From contig CAYYLF010000001.1 of the NCBI GenBank assembly GCA_964472425.1, positions 6,595-70,594 on the forward strand: 64,000 nt of DNA. Reading direction: 5' to 3'. Shown piece by piece: positions 16,571 through 28,995 of this stretch. Origin of the DNA: an uncultured Muribaculaceae bacterium (GTDB lineage: Bacteria > Bacillota_I > Bacilli_A > RF39 > UBA660). A program made the position numbers and the translations under genes. The notes beneath the pieces are model-generated. The model had not been told where the DNA came from. It was given only the letters and a program-made list of their open reading frames with translations, and did not search any database. Numbering within the stretch: the first letter of the stretch is position 1; every line of letters starts with the position of its first letter.

Positions 16571-19192
16571 CTATTCTTCTGTCTCCATTTTTTCATTTTC
16601 CACAGTTTCTTGCTCTGTTACTTCATTGGAGTTTTCCACAGTTGAATTTACTGGCACATTTTCTTCTTGCGCTTCAGTGATTTTTTCCACAACGGAAATC
16701 GATGAGACGGTTTGATTGTCTTTGAGATTAATCAGTCTAACGCCTTGGGCATTTCTACTCAATTGAGATATACTCGTAGAATCGAGTCTTATTACCATTC
16801 CAGAATCGGTAATGATTACGATATCCTTGTCATCATCTATAATATTAAATGATGCAATTCCTCCGTTCTTTTCCGTTATATTAAGGGCTTTTACTCCTTT
16901 GCTTCCACGACGAGTTTCTCTAAATTCACGAACAAATGTTCGCTTTCCATATCCTTTCTTGGTAACTATCAGAAGATTCGTGTCTATATCACAGACATCG
17001 GCACATATACATTCTCCATCAGGCATATTGATTCCTCGAACTCCTGCGGCTGTTCTTCCCATGATTCTTATCTCTGCTTCGTCGAAGAGAACGGTACGTC
17101 CGTTGGTAGAGCCTAGAAGTACTTTGTTTTCTCCAGTTGTCTTTTTGACTGCTATGAGTTCGTCGTCATCTTTCAAAGTGATACTTATTTTACCCGTTTG
17201 TCTGATGTTTTCGAAGTCTTCGATAGCTGTACGTTTGACTATTCCCTTTTTCGTTGCGAATAGTAAGTATTTAAGTTCTTCCTCTTCTTTGCTTATCTTG
17301 ATGATAGAGCTAATCGTTTCATCCTTTTCGATATGTAAAAGGTTGATAATAGGAAGGCCTTTCGATTGACGGTTAAATTCCGGTATTTCATAGCCCTTTA
17401 TACGATATACTTTACCTTTGTTTGTAAAGAACAAGATGTAGTCGTGTGTCGATACATTGACCATCAACTTGACATTGTCTTCTTCGTTCGTACTGATTCC
17501 TTTGACTCCTACGCCTCCACGATTTTGGGTTTTATATGTGTCCGCGGCGAGTCGTTTGATGTATCCCTTTTCTGTAAGGGTTATCATGCTATTTTCTTCT
17601 GGTATCAAAGATTCGTCTTCGATGTATTCGATAGCCGTCATATCTATCTTCGTACGGCGTTCATCGGCGTATTTGTCTTTGATTTCGGTAAGTTCTTTCT
17701 TGATAATATCGTTTACTTTTTGCTCAGAAGCTAGAATACTCTTGAGTTCTTCGATGAGAGCGAGTAAATTACGCAACTCTTCTTCGATTTTGGCTCTTTC
17801 TAAACCGGTCAATCGACGAAGTTTTAACTCGAGAATACTATCGGCTTGTATTTCAGAGAATCCGAATCTTTTTATCAACTTTTCTTTGGCTATCGAATCG
17901 CTTTCGGCCTCTTTTATTATTTTGATTACTTCGTCGATGTTGTCGAGAGCGAGTTTGTATCCTTCCAAGATGTGAACGCGTTTTTCAGCTTTATCTAGTT
18001 CGAATTTAGTACGGCGAACGATGACTTCTCTTTGGTGGTCGATATATTTACTGATTATACTCTTGAGACCTAGAGTCTTAGGAACGCCCATGTCGAGCAT
18101 CAAGAACATAATACTGTAGGTCGTTTGGAAGGCCGTGTGTTTGTACAGGTTATTGAGTACGACTTGTGGATTAGCATCTCTTTTGAGTGTAATCGTTATT
18201 TTTATGCCATTTTTCAAATCCGTGTGGTAGTCAGAGATACCGTCTATCGTCTTATTATGGACTAATTCTGCTACTTTATTTTTAAGTTCACGCGTATTGA
18301 TTCCATACGGAACTTCGTCGATGATGATGTAACTTTTGCCGTGTTTTTCTTCGATGATGGCTTTGCTTCTTATCGTTATGGTTCCGCGCCCCGTCTCGTA
18401 GGCTTGCCTGATACCACTGTTTCCGAGTATTATAGCGCCAGTCGGGAAGTCTGGTCCCTTAATGTATTGCATGAGGCCAAGTGTATCGATGTCGGGATTG
18501 TCTATATAGGCTATACAGCCATCTATCACTTCGCCCAAGTTATGAGGCGGGATGTTAGTGGCCATTCCGACGGCTATTCCGGTCGTACCGTTTACCAATA
18601 TGTTAGGGAAACGAGATGGAAGAACCGTGGGCTCTTTTTCAGATCCGTCAAAGTTGTCGTCGAAGTTAACCGTGTTTTTATTGATATCTCTCAGCAGTTC
18701 CAACGATATTTTAGATAACCTAGATTCCGTGTAACGCATGGCGGCGGCTCCATCACCTTCGATATTACCGAAGTTTCCGTGACCATCGACAAGCATATTT
18801 CTGAAACTGAAGTCTTGGGCCATACGGACCATAGCTTCATAGATAGATGAGTCGCCATGTGGATGGTATTTACCCATGACGTCTCCGACTATACGGGCAC
18901 TTTTCTTATGCGGCTTATCTGGAGTATAGCCAGATTCGTACATCGAATAGAGTATTCTTCGGTGAACAGGCTTCAGACCATCTCGCAAATCCGGTAGAGC
19001 ACGGGCCGTGATGACACTTAGAGAATATTCGATAAAGGAGTCTTCGATTTCTTTGACGATATCGTTGTGTTGTAGTTTATCGCGTTCCGGAAAATCGACG
19101 ACGACTTCTTCTTCAGTAGATTCGACTTCATCGGTCGATTCGGTCGTTTCCAATTCTATAGTAGATTCTAGTTCTTTGTTTTCTTCTTCCAT
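16571..19192 (-). CDS. gyrA: DNA gyrase subunit A
   Basis: Active-site region [20 protein letters not shown], the catalytic Tyr region and a GyrA-box. Start placed at MEEENKE, which has a GGAGG RBS; the ORF-track start has none. Both N- and C-terminal tails are acidic. Confidence 0.95.
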   Translation of the reverse strand: MEEENKELESTIELETTESTDEVESTEEEVVVDFPERDKLQHNDIVKEIEDSFIEYSLSVITARALPDLRDGLKPVHRRILYSMYESGYTPDKPHKKSARIVGDVMGKYHPHGDSSIYEAMVRMAQDFSFRNMLVDGHGNFGNIEGDGAAAMRYTESRLSKISLELLRDINKNTVNFDDNFDGSEKEPTVLPSRFPNILVNGTTGIAVGMATNIPPHNLGEVIDGCIAYIDNPDIDTLGLMQYIKGPDFPTGAIILGNSGIRQAYETGRGTITIRSKAIIEEKHGKSYIIIDEVPYGINTRELKNKVAELVHNKTIDGISDYHTDLKNGIKITITLKRDANPQVVLNNLYKHTAFQTTYSIMFLMLDMGVPKTLGLKSIISKYIDHQREVIVRRTKFELDKAEKRVHILEGYKLALDNIDEVIKIIKEAESDSIAKEKLIKRFGFSEIQADSILELKLRRLTGLERAKIEEELRNLLALIEELKSILASEQKVNDIIKKELTEIKDKYADERRTKIDMTAIEYIEDESLIPEENSMITLTEKGYIKRLAADTYKTQNRGGVGVKGISTNEEDNVKLMVNVSTHDYILFFTNKGKVYRIKGYEIPEFNRQSKGLPIINLLHIEKDETISSIIKISKEEEELKYLLFATKKGIVKRTAIEDFENIRQTGKISITLKDDDELIAVKKTTGENKVLLGSTNGRTVLFDEAEIRIMGRTAAGVRGINMPDGECICADVCDIDTNLLIVTKKGYGKRTFVREFRETRRGSKGVKALNITEKNGGIASFNIIDDDKDIVIITDSGMVIRLDSTSISQLSRNAQGVRLINLKDNQTVSSISVVEKITEAQEENVPVNSTVENSNEVTEQETVENEKMETEE

Positions 19193-19202
19193 TTTAAACC
19201 TC

Positions 19203-22233
<3,031 letters not shown>

Positions 22234-22341
22234 CTTAATACTCCGAATAATAAATTTACTAGGTATGGACGTACTCCTGTACCTAGTAATAATTATACCA
22301 TATTATGGGGCTGTTTTAAATGTTTTTTGGCCTTTTGAGCA

Positions 22342-22812
22342 TCATTTTTTTCTTTTGGGAGCTTTTCGTTTGCGTATGACTGCTTCGAGCCTCGTCGCTC
22401 GCAAAACTTGGTTGTCGATTATCTTGTGAGAAACGGCAACTTGCAGCTGAAGATTGTTTTGAAATCTAATCAAACTGTCGTTGGCATAGGGCTGATACGA
22501 GACGATGTTTTTGAGCGATAACCAGGTACAATCATTTTGGCGGGGACTCGCCGTGGGGAAGAATATCAAGCTATGGGAGTCTTCTATTAATATGGGAGCT
22601 TTGTGAGTCACTCCTATCATTTCGAGGGTACCTTTTTTGCGACCGGCATAAGAACTTCCAAAGTATTCACAGTTATCGGCAATAATTCTGTTCGCGTTTT
22701 TACTTACGATGAAGACAGCACCGCTTTCGTAAATTTTGGCTTTTCGTTTGCTCAGTGGGATGATAGCTAGTGTGTCGTCGTTTATCAAATAGTTTTCTTT
22801 CATCTTTTTCAC
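22342..22812 (-). CDS. comK: Competence transcription factor ComK homolog
   Basis: Ours reads CEYFGSSYAGRKKGTLEMIGVTHKAPILIEDSHSLIFFPTASPRQNDCTWLS. B. subtilis ComK reads CRFFGSSYAGRKAGTYEVTKISHKPPIMVDPSNQIFLFPTLSSTRPQCGWIS (aligned from memory). Confidence 0.7.
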   Translation of the reverse strand: MKKMKENYLINDDTLAIIPLSKRKAKIYESGAVFIVSKNANRIIADNCEYFGSSYAGRKKGTLEMIGVTHKAPILIEDSHSLIFFPTASPRQNDCTWLSLKNIVSYQPYANDSLIRFQNNLQLQVAVSHKIIDNQVLRATRLEAVIRKRKAPKRKK

Positions 22813-22957
22813 CTCCTCGGGTGTCTCTTATACACCAAAGGACTGTCGAAATTTGCCACAATTTGTCAGAAGAGGCCAATTTTTTTCAAAAGATGTGGAA
22901 AAATGACTATTTTTCCACTTTGTCGTTTTGAAAATATGCAATTTTGTCAAGTTTCGA

Positions 22958-22988
22958 ATATTCAAAAAAGACACTTTTCAAAAATGTC
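22958..22988 (-). terminator. dnaN terminator (AAGACATTTTTGAAAAGTGTCTT followed by T-run)
   Basis: Hairpin and T-run directly after the dnaN stop. Confidence 0.5.
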
Positions 22989-22989
22989 T

Positions 22990-24108
22990 TTAGTAGGTCT
23001 TTATAGGTAGAATCAGTTGAACTAAAGTTTCGTCCTTGGCCGACTTGATGACTATCGGTTTGATTTCGCTGTTTAGGAGGACGACAAGTTCGGTATCGTC
23101 TATCGTCTTTAGAGCATCCATCATGTATTTGGCACTGAAGGAAATGGCGACGTTGGCTCCTTCGTTTTTCTCGATGGTAATCGTCTCTTCCGTTCTTCCA
23201 ATTTCCGAAGAGAAAGAGGTAATGTAGAGTTCATTGTCGTGAGTCTCCATCTTGACGATGTTTTGTTCTTTTCCTTGAGTGAGGAGAGATGCACGATCGA
23301 TAGCACTCATGAAGTCGACGTAGTTTGTACTCAATATAATCTCGAAATTGTCCGGAATCAAGTTGTTCGTGTTGGGATAAGAACCGGAAAGGAGATTGGA
23401 TTGGAAGGTGATATTCTTATATATAAAGAGAATCTTATTCGTGAAGATGTGCATTTCGACCGGTTCATCATCGTTGATTATCTTATCCAATTCGTTGATG
23501 TTGCCACCCGGAATGGTGATGTTTATCTCTTCTTTGATGAATTCGTCGAGGGTTATCGTCTTTTTGGCGAGACGGTAAGAGTCCGTCGCGGTCACTTCCA
23601 TGATGTTTCCTTGCAATTTGAAGTTGAGACCGGTTAGAAGAGGTCTAGATTCTTGGTTACTTATCGCAAATACGGTTTGTTTTATAATAGTTTTGAAGAG
23701 TCCTCCCTTAATTTTGATAGGGTCTTTCTGATAGTCTATCTTTATCTGTGGATAATCCTCGACTTTTAAACAGTTCAAACTGAACTGACTGGTCTTGGCT
23801 GTGATGACGACTTTGAGTCCGTCGACTACTTCGATGTCGACCGTGTCGTCTGGGAGTTTTCTTATTATATCGTTTATATATTTACTTTGAATGACTATGC
23901 TTCCCTCGACATCCACGCGTTTGATATTTTCTCTTTTGATGAACGATTTGATGGTGAGGTCTGTATCACTCGCGGTCAAGTATAGTCCTTCCATATTTAG
24001 TTCCATCTTTATACCGTTTAAAACCGGTATGACATTTTTTATGGAAATGGCTTTCGTTACATTGTTCAAGTTTTCTAAGAGTATGTTTTTTTCGATTGTG
24101 AATTTCAT
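22990..24108 (-). CDS. dnaN: DNA polymerase III beta sliding clamp
   Basis: About 372 aa with a three-domain clamp. Start at MKFTIEKN, which has a GAAGGA RBS. Confidence 0.95.
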   Translation of the reverse strand: MKFTIEKNILLENLNNVTKAISIKNVIPVLNGIKMELNMEGLYLTASDTDLTIKSFIKRENIKRVDVEGSIVIQSKYINDIIRKLPDDTVDIEVVDGLKVVITAKTSQFSLNCLKVEDYPQIKIDYQKDPIKIKGGLFKTIIKQTVFAISNQESRPLLTGLNFKLQGNIMEVTATDSYRLAKKTITLDEFIKEEINITIPGGNINELDKIINDDEPVEMHIFTNKILFIYKNITFQSNLLSGSYPNTNNLIPDNFEIILSTNYVDFMSAIDRASLLTQGKEQNIVKMETHDNELYITSFSSEIGRTEETITIEKNEGANVAISFSAKYMMDALKTIDDTELVVLLNSEIKPIVIKSAKDETLVQLILPIKTY

Positions 24109-24249
24109 TTTTTTTCCTTCTTTCTTATTTAATATTATATTATTATTCATATATTCTGTGGAATTTGTGGAAAAGTGCTTTTTTATCCACGGACAAGTGG
24201 GTTTGAGTCCTGTCGAAATGTTGTGGAAAAGTAAACACTTATCGACAGT
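24109..24249. other. oriC DnaA-box cluster II (dnaA-dnaN spacer)
   Basis: TGTGGAATT at 24147, TGTGGAAAA at 24157, TTATCCACG at 24173 and TGTGGAAAA at 24212. Confidence 0.8.
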
Positions 24250-25674
24250 TTACCCAATGTTATTTTTTATCTCTCGGATTATTTCTTTGAGTTGATTGTT
24301 GACCTTGAGGTCGGCTTCTATTTTATCACAAGCGTACATGATAGTCGAGTGGTCACGGTTTCCGAATTCGAGTCCTATCTTGGGGAACGATTCGTCCGTG
24401 TAGTTTCTACAAAGATAGATAGCTATTTGCCGCGGGTAATTGATATTTGCCGTTCGCTTTTTGCTCTTCAAATCTTCGACAGTTATTTTGTAGTAGTCGG
24501 CGACCGCTTTTTGAATTTTGGCTATATTCGAATCCATATAAACCGAACTTTTGAGGTAATCTCGTAAGGCTTCGTTCGCGAACTCGAGGTCGATTTTGTG
24601 CGGGCCCATCATGGCCGCATAGGCGTAGAGTCTCGTTATCGCGCCTTCGATATGTCGTACGTCGTTTTCACTGTTGTTGGCGATGTATTCGACGACTTCC
24701 TCTTCGACGAGGTTGGCGACCGCATGGCCAGCCATCTTGTTGCGAACTATCCGCTTTTTGAGGTCGATGTCCGGAGGATAGATGTTGACGGTCAGTCCCC
24801 AGCTGAATCTCGTAATGAGCCTTTCTTCTAGGAGCTTTAAATCGTCGGGACTGCGGTCCGAACTGATAATAATTTGTTTGTTCATATCATATAATGTATT
24901 GAAGGTATGAAAGAATTCTTGTTGAGTCTTCTCGGCCTTCTCGAGAAATTGGATATCATCTATCATGAGGACGTCGATGCCTCTATATTTTTCTTTGAAC
25001 ATTTGAATGCTCTTCGAATCTCTATTCATATTGATGGTCGTGAATTCCGATTTGAATGTCTCGCTCGTCACATAGAGAACGCGTTTGTTCGAATGAGCTG
25101 TGATATAGTTTCCTATCGCATGCATCAGGTGAGTTTTTCCTAATCCACTCTTGCCGTGAATGAAAAACGGATTGAAAAGCTTGCCTGGCTGCTCGGCCAC
25201 ATGGCGCGCGCCTTCGAAAGCGAGTCTGTTGGAATTTTCTCCGACTATGAAGTTTTCGAAAGTGTATTTTCCCGAAAGATTCGACTCGAAAGGTTGTGTA
25301 TAAGTGTGTGTGTTTTGCACAGGTGGTGCGGCTTGCCTAGTAGATGGAGGTTCATTGGTGGGTGGCGTCTCGTCTTTGGCCGTGGCCAATTCTTCTTCCA
25401 AAATAAATTCGATATTACAATTTTTGCCGAGAATCGATTCCATCAATTCTTCGATGGTGTCGAGGTAACGCTTTATGAGGGAGTCTTTTATATATTGGGA
25501 ACTGGTCATAATCGTGATAACTTTGATAGATTTGTTGTTTTGAACTGCATCGTCGATTTTGTAAATTTCGCAATGTTTGAACCACGAGTTTATCGATACG
25601 ACAGAGACTCTTTTCTCAAGCAATCCAAGAAAATTTTTCCAAATCAAACTGTTCTCTTCATTCATGAACCTCAC
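24250..25674 (-). CDS. dnaA: Chromosomal replication initiator DnaA
   Basis: AAA+ Walker A GKSGLGKTHL, and C-terminal DnaA signature in the helix-turn-helix region. Confidence 0.95.
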   Translation of the reverse strand: MRFMNEENSLIWKNFLGLLEKRVSVVSINSWFKHCEIYKIDDAVQNNKSIKVITIMTSSQYIKDSLIKRYLDTIEELMESILGKNCNIEFILEEELATAKDETPPTNEPPSTRQAAPPVQNTHTYTQPFESNLSGKYTFENFIVGENSNRLAFEGARHVAEQPGKLFNPFFIHGKSGLGKTHLMHAIGNYITAHSNKRVLYVTSETFKSEFTTINMNRDSKSIQMFKEKYRGIDVLMIDDIQFLEKAEKTQQEFFHTFNTLYDMNKQIIISSDRSPDDLKLLEERLITRFSWGLTVNIYPPDIDLKKRIVRNKMAGHAVANLVEEEVVEYIANNSENDVRHIEGAITRLYAYAAMMGPHKIDLEFANEALRDYLKSSVYMDSNIAKIQKAVADYYKITVEDLKSKKRTANINYPRQIAIYLCRNYTDESFPKIGLEFGNRDHSTIMYACDKIEADLKVNNQLKEIIREIKNNIG

Positions 25675-25989
25675 CCCGGTTTCCTGTTAATTTCATTTTA
25701 ACGTAAAACAAAAAAAAGGTAAAGATGCAAATTGCCAAAAAAGAAATTTACAACATTTTTCGACAAATTTTGTGGAAAACTTGTGCTTGTCATTTCCTGT
25801 AAATAAAAGGAAAATTCAAATTATCCACAATTTCCACAAAATTGGTGCGTCCACAGTGTGGATAAGTTATCAACATACTGTGGAAACGATGTTGAAAAAT
25901 TTGTTGAAAACAATCGACCTAATTGACTTGACTTTTGTTGGGATGGTATAATATAATACATGTGAATTTTAGATGTGGAGGTGCAGAAA
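25675..25989. other. oriC DnaA-box cluster I with AT-rich region and rpmH promoter
   Basis: TGTGGAAAA at 25771, TTATCCACA at 25821, ATTTCCACA at 25830, TGTGGATAA at 25857 and TGTGGAAAC at 25879. Promoter TTGACT, 18-nt spacer, TGGTATAAT at 25923-25952. Confidence 0.85.
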
Positions 25990-26112
25990 ATGAAGAGAAC
26001 TTATCAACCAAATAATCGTAAAAAGAGTAAGAAGCACGGTTTCTTTGCTAGAAAAGAAAGCAATATTTTAAAATCTAGAAGAAAAAAAGGCCGTAAAGTG
26101 CTTTGCAAGTAA
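25990..26112 (+). CDS. rpmH: 50S ribosomal protein L34
   Basis: [21 protein letters not shown]... Not in the ORF track because it is shorter than 60 aa. Confidence 0.9.
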   Translation: MKRTYQPNNRKKSKKHGFFARKESNILKSRRKKGRKVLCK

Positions 26113-26137
26113 AACCACTAACCGAAGTGGTTTTTAT
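26113..26137 (+). terminator. Attenuator or terminator after rpmH (AAACCACT...AGTGGTTT followed by TTTAT)
   Basis: Hairpin followed by T-run. Confidence 0.45.
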
Positions 26138-26155
26138 ACTATAAAGGAGGTGCGT

Positions 26156-26485
26156 ATGAAGCGATATGAAATGATAAAGGATAAGGAGCGATTCAACTAT
26201 ATTATAAGGAAGGGACATTATAATAAGGATAAGTATTACGTCGTTTATCATGTGCCGGCGTCAGAAGATAGAGGAAGTCGGTTCGGAATTGCGGTCAAGA
26301 AGAGTCTCGGATGTGCAGTCGAACGAAATAGAGTCAAGCGGCAGACTCGCAGTATAGTCGATAATAACAAAAATCTATTTAAAAAAAATCGAGATTATAT
26401 TATAATGATAAGGAACGAATGTGTCGGTGGAAAATTCTCGGATATGAGTGAGTCGCTCGTCACATTGTTGAAAGGAATAAAATAG
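26156..26485 (+). CDS. rnpA: RNase P protein component
   Basis: Basic RnpA fold motifs. ATG at 26156 has an AAGGAGG RBS; the track's GTG start at 26150 lies inside that RBS. Confidence 0.9.
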   Translation: MKRYEMIKDKERFNYIIRKGHYNKDKYYVVYHVPASEDRGSRFGIAVKKSLGCAVERNRVKRQTRSIVDNNKNLFKKNRDYIIMIRNECVGGKFSDMSESLVTLLKGIK

Positions 26486-27481
26486 ATGAAGAAAAACAAA
26501 AAGTTAGTGGTCATCCTTTTGGTGATGCTCACAGTCGTGACTGGTTGTACGAAGTATTTAGAGGGTGACGACAAGAAGAAAATCGTCAACGAGGTGACGG
26601 GGCAAGCTCTCACATCGAACATCTTGTGTTTGCCGGAAGATGAAGATTTGCTCGAAATATACGAGGAGAACTCGGGTAAGGTAGACGATTACGAATCTTT
26701 GAATCCGTGTGCCGATTACAAGCCATCGGATTTGAAGTACAATGGGTTATGGGAAACATTGTTCGTGAAGCCTTTGGCATACGTCATCATAAAACTCGGA
26801 TTGTTCGTAAAGAATTACGGTTTGGCGGTCATCATTTTGGGCATACTAATAAGGTTGATATTGATGCCATTTACCCGCAAGTCGATGATGCAGTCGGAAA
26901 ATATGAAGAAGGCTCAGCCGGAGTTGCAAGCTATCCAAAAGAGATACGGACAAGCGCAAGACCAAGCGACGGCCATGCAGATGAGTCAGGAGCTCATGAT
27001 GGTGTACAAGAAGTACAACATCAATCCGGCGAGCGGATGTCTGGTCGGATTCGTACAGCTTCCAATTCTGTTCGCTTTCTTGGAGGCGATAAACCGCGTG
27101 CCGGCCATCTTCGAGGGACATTTTGCAACTTTGCAGTTGGGTACGTCTCCGTTCGTAGGTATCAAGGATGGCAATCTTCTGTACATAGTCTTAATCGTAC
27201 TAATCGTTCTCACGACGTATTTCTCCTTGAAGAATTCGATGAGCAGTACGGCGACCGGCAATCCGGAGCAGGACAAGCAGATGGAGATGACCATGAAATT
27301 CATGATAGTATTTATCTCCATCGCATCTTTGAGTTTGCCGACTGCGTTGGCTCTTTACTGGGTCGTATCGAACGGATTCGTAATCGTACAAAATGCGATT
27401 TTCAAGGGAATTTCAAAGGGAAACGTTGCAAAGGATACGAGCAAGAAGGCAAAGTACAAATCTTCTAAGAAAGGAAAGTAG
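26486..27481 (+). CDS. yidC: Membrane protein insertase YidC/SpoIIIJ (lipoprotein)
   Basis: Lipobox LTVVTGC, the YidC 60-kDa core and a basic C-terminal tail. Confidence 0.9.
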   Translation: MKKNKKLVVILLVMLTVVTGCTKYLEGDDKKKIVNEVTGQALTSNILCLPEDEDLLEIYEENSGKVDDYESLNPCADYKPSDLKYNGLWETLFVKPLAYVIIKLGLFVKNYGLAVIILGILIRLILMPFTRKSMMQSENMKKAQPELQAIQKRYGQAQDQATAMQMSQELMMVYKKYNINPASGCLVGFVQLPILFAFLEAINRVPAIFEGHFATLQLGTSPFVGIKDGNLLYIVLIVLIVLTTYFSLKNSMSSTATGNPEQDKQMEMTMKFMIVFISIASLSLPTALALYWVVSNGFVIVQNAIFKGISKGNVAKDTSKKAKYKSSKKGK

Positions 27482-27486
27482 TATAT

Positions 27487-28098
27487 ATGGTAGTAAATAA
27501 GTTCGTTGGAAAAGATTACGACGAGGTCGTGCGCGAGGGATTGACCAACTTAGGTTTAGAAGAGAAGGACGTCATAATCTCGTCCGAAGAGAAAAAGGCC
27601 GGTTTGTTTAAGGGTACGCAGGTCGAAGTTACCATCACACCTCTTACCGAAGTGTTGGAGTTCGTGAAGGAGTATTTGGGAGAGCTTCTTTCGACGATGG
27701 GAATGGATGTCAGTTTCGAGACTCAGATTCGCGAGGATCAGTTGAAAATCAAAATGTATTCGGACGACAATCCTCTTCTAATCGGTCATGCCGGAAAGAA
27801 TTTGGCCGCTTTGCAGACTATCGTGCGAAGCGTAGTGAAGACGAAGATAGGGAAGACGCCATATATTTCGTTGGATGTCGAGAATTATAAGGACAAGCAA
27901 CTCATGTATTTGGAGAAGACCGCCAAGAGAATAGCTAAAGAAGTGAGCGAGACTCGAATTGCAGTCGAGCTCGACAACATGAATGCGTACGAGAGACTGG
28001 TCGTCCACAATGCAGTTTCGGAGTTTCAAGATGTGTACACGGAAAGTGTAGGCGACGAACCGAATAGACACGTGGTCATCAAACCAAAAGAAGACTAA
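27487..28098 (+). CDS. jag: Jag/KhpB RNA-binding protein (KH plus R3H domains)
   Basis: 203 aa. Position and domain pattern match. Confidence 0.85.
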   Translation: MVVNKFVGKDYDEVVREGLTNLGLEEKDVIISSEEKKAGLFKGTQVEVTITPLTEVLEFVKEYLGELLSTMGMDVSFETQIREDQLKIKMYSDDNPLLIGHAGKNLAALQTIVRSVVKTKIGKTPYISLDVENYKDKQLMYLEKTAKRIAKEVSETRIAVELDNMNAYERLVVHNAVSEFQDVYTESVGDEPNRHVVIKPKED

Positions 28099-28167
28099 AG
28101 TGTCTTTTTTCTTTACAAATTCGTTCGTTTGGTGTATATTAATAGGCATTCGAAGGGGGATTTTAGT

Positions 28168-28908
28168 ATGAAAGATTTGAAGAAGTACGAACAATACAGG
28201 GTGTACGACGGGAGCGATTTGCTAAATATAATTTTTGGTCAATACGACATGTTAGAGAGTCAGAAGGCTTACGTGTTCTCAAAAGAAAAAGGAGATTATT
28301 ATATTCAGACTTTACAGACTTTCGGTTGGGACCATATTTCTCTCGTAGTACGGACGTATTACAATGGCAAGCGGGTCGAGAGAATACCCGGGACTAGCGA
28401 ACTCGAAGAGGTATGTGAGATGTTTTTCGGAGAAGACGAACCCGTCGTCGAAGTTCATCCGAGACGCGAGGATTATGTAAATATCAATCCGTATACGTTG
28501 CATCTATGGAGACCTATAAACGAAGAGTTGCCTTTGCCACCAGTCGTCACGGAGTTTTCGGAAAGCGACATAATCGAGCTAGGTTCTTCCGGTTTATCTT
28601 TGAGAGCCCTGACTGCTAGAAGTGAAGACGGATGGGAATGTTACGAGGTTCACGTCATGAAGGATGGTAAAACGGTACGTCGTCGTCCTACTTGGGATGA
28701 GATGTGCGTCGCGAAGAAGGCGATATGTGGTGAGGAAGAATTTGCCTTACAGTATCATCTCAAGGGTGATGGATGTTCGGCTTATGGAACTAGATTGTGG
28801 CTTCCGCCTAAGAATCTCGATTTCCCATTACCAGAGCCATTTATGGTCGGAATCAGAAACGAAGAGGATAGGAAAAGACTCGAGTTTTGTTCGAGATTTG
28901 ATTTATAA
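28168..28908 (+). CDS. Uncharacterized 246-aa cytoplasmic protein inserted between jag and mnmE
   Basis: Start at MKDLKKYEQ, which has a GGGGGA RBS. I see no recognisable motif. Confidence 0.6.
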   Translation: MKDLKKYEQYRVYDGSDLLNIIFGQYDMLESQKAYVFSKEKGDYYIQTLQTFGWDHISLVVRTYYNGKRVERIPGTSELEEVCEMFFGEDEPVVEVHPRREDYVNINPYTLHLWRPINEELPLPPVVTEFSESDIIELGSSGLSLRALTARSEDGWECYEVHVMKDGKTVRRRPTWDEMCVAKKAICGEEEFALQYHLKGDGCSAYGTRLWLPPKNLDFPLPEPFMVGIRNEEDRKRLEFCSRFDL

Positions 28909-28995
28909 TCTAGCAAAGGAGGGCTAAACGGTTAGGCCCTTTAATTATCGCGATTTTTTTGATATAATGGGAGAGCGAAAAGAGGAGGTGCTTTT

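Noticed and set aside
22234-22341. Possible tiny yaaA-like gene between comK and recF
   Set aside because: No ORF longer than 30 aa. The spacer holds a TGnTATAAT-type recF promoter and a hairpin instead.
26707-27468. 253-aa alternative-frame ORF inside yidC, and the many 60-180-aa antisense or out-of-frame ORFs inside mfd, gyrA, gyrB, dnaA, mnmG and the Noc-like gene
   Set aside because: They lie entirely within well-supported conserved genes, lack RBSs, and have low-complexity Arg, Ser and His-rich translations typical of shadow ORFs.
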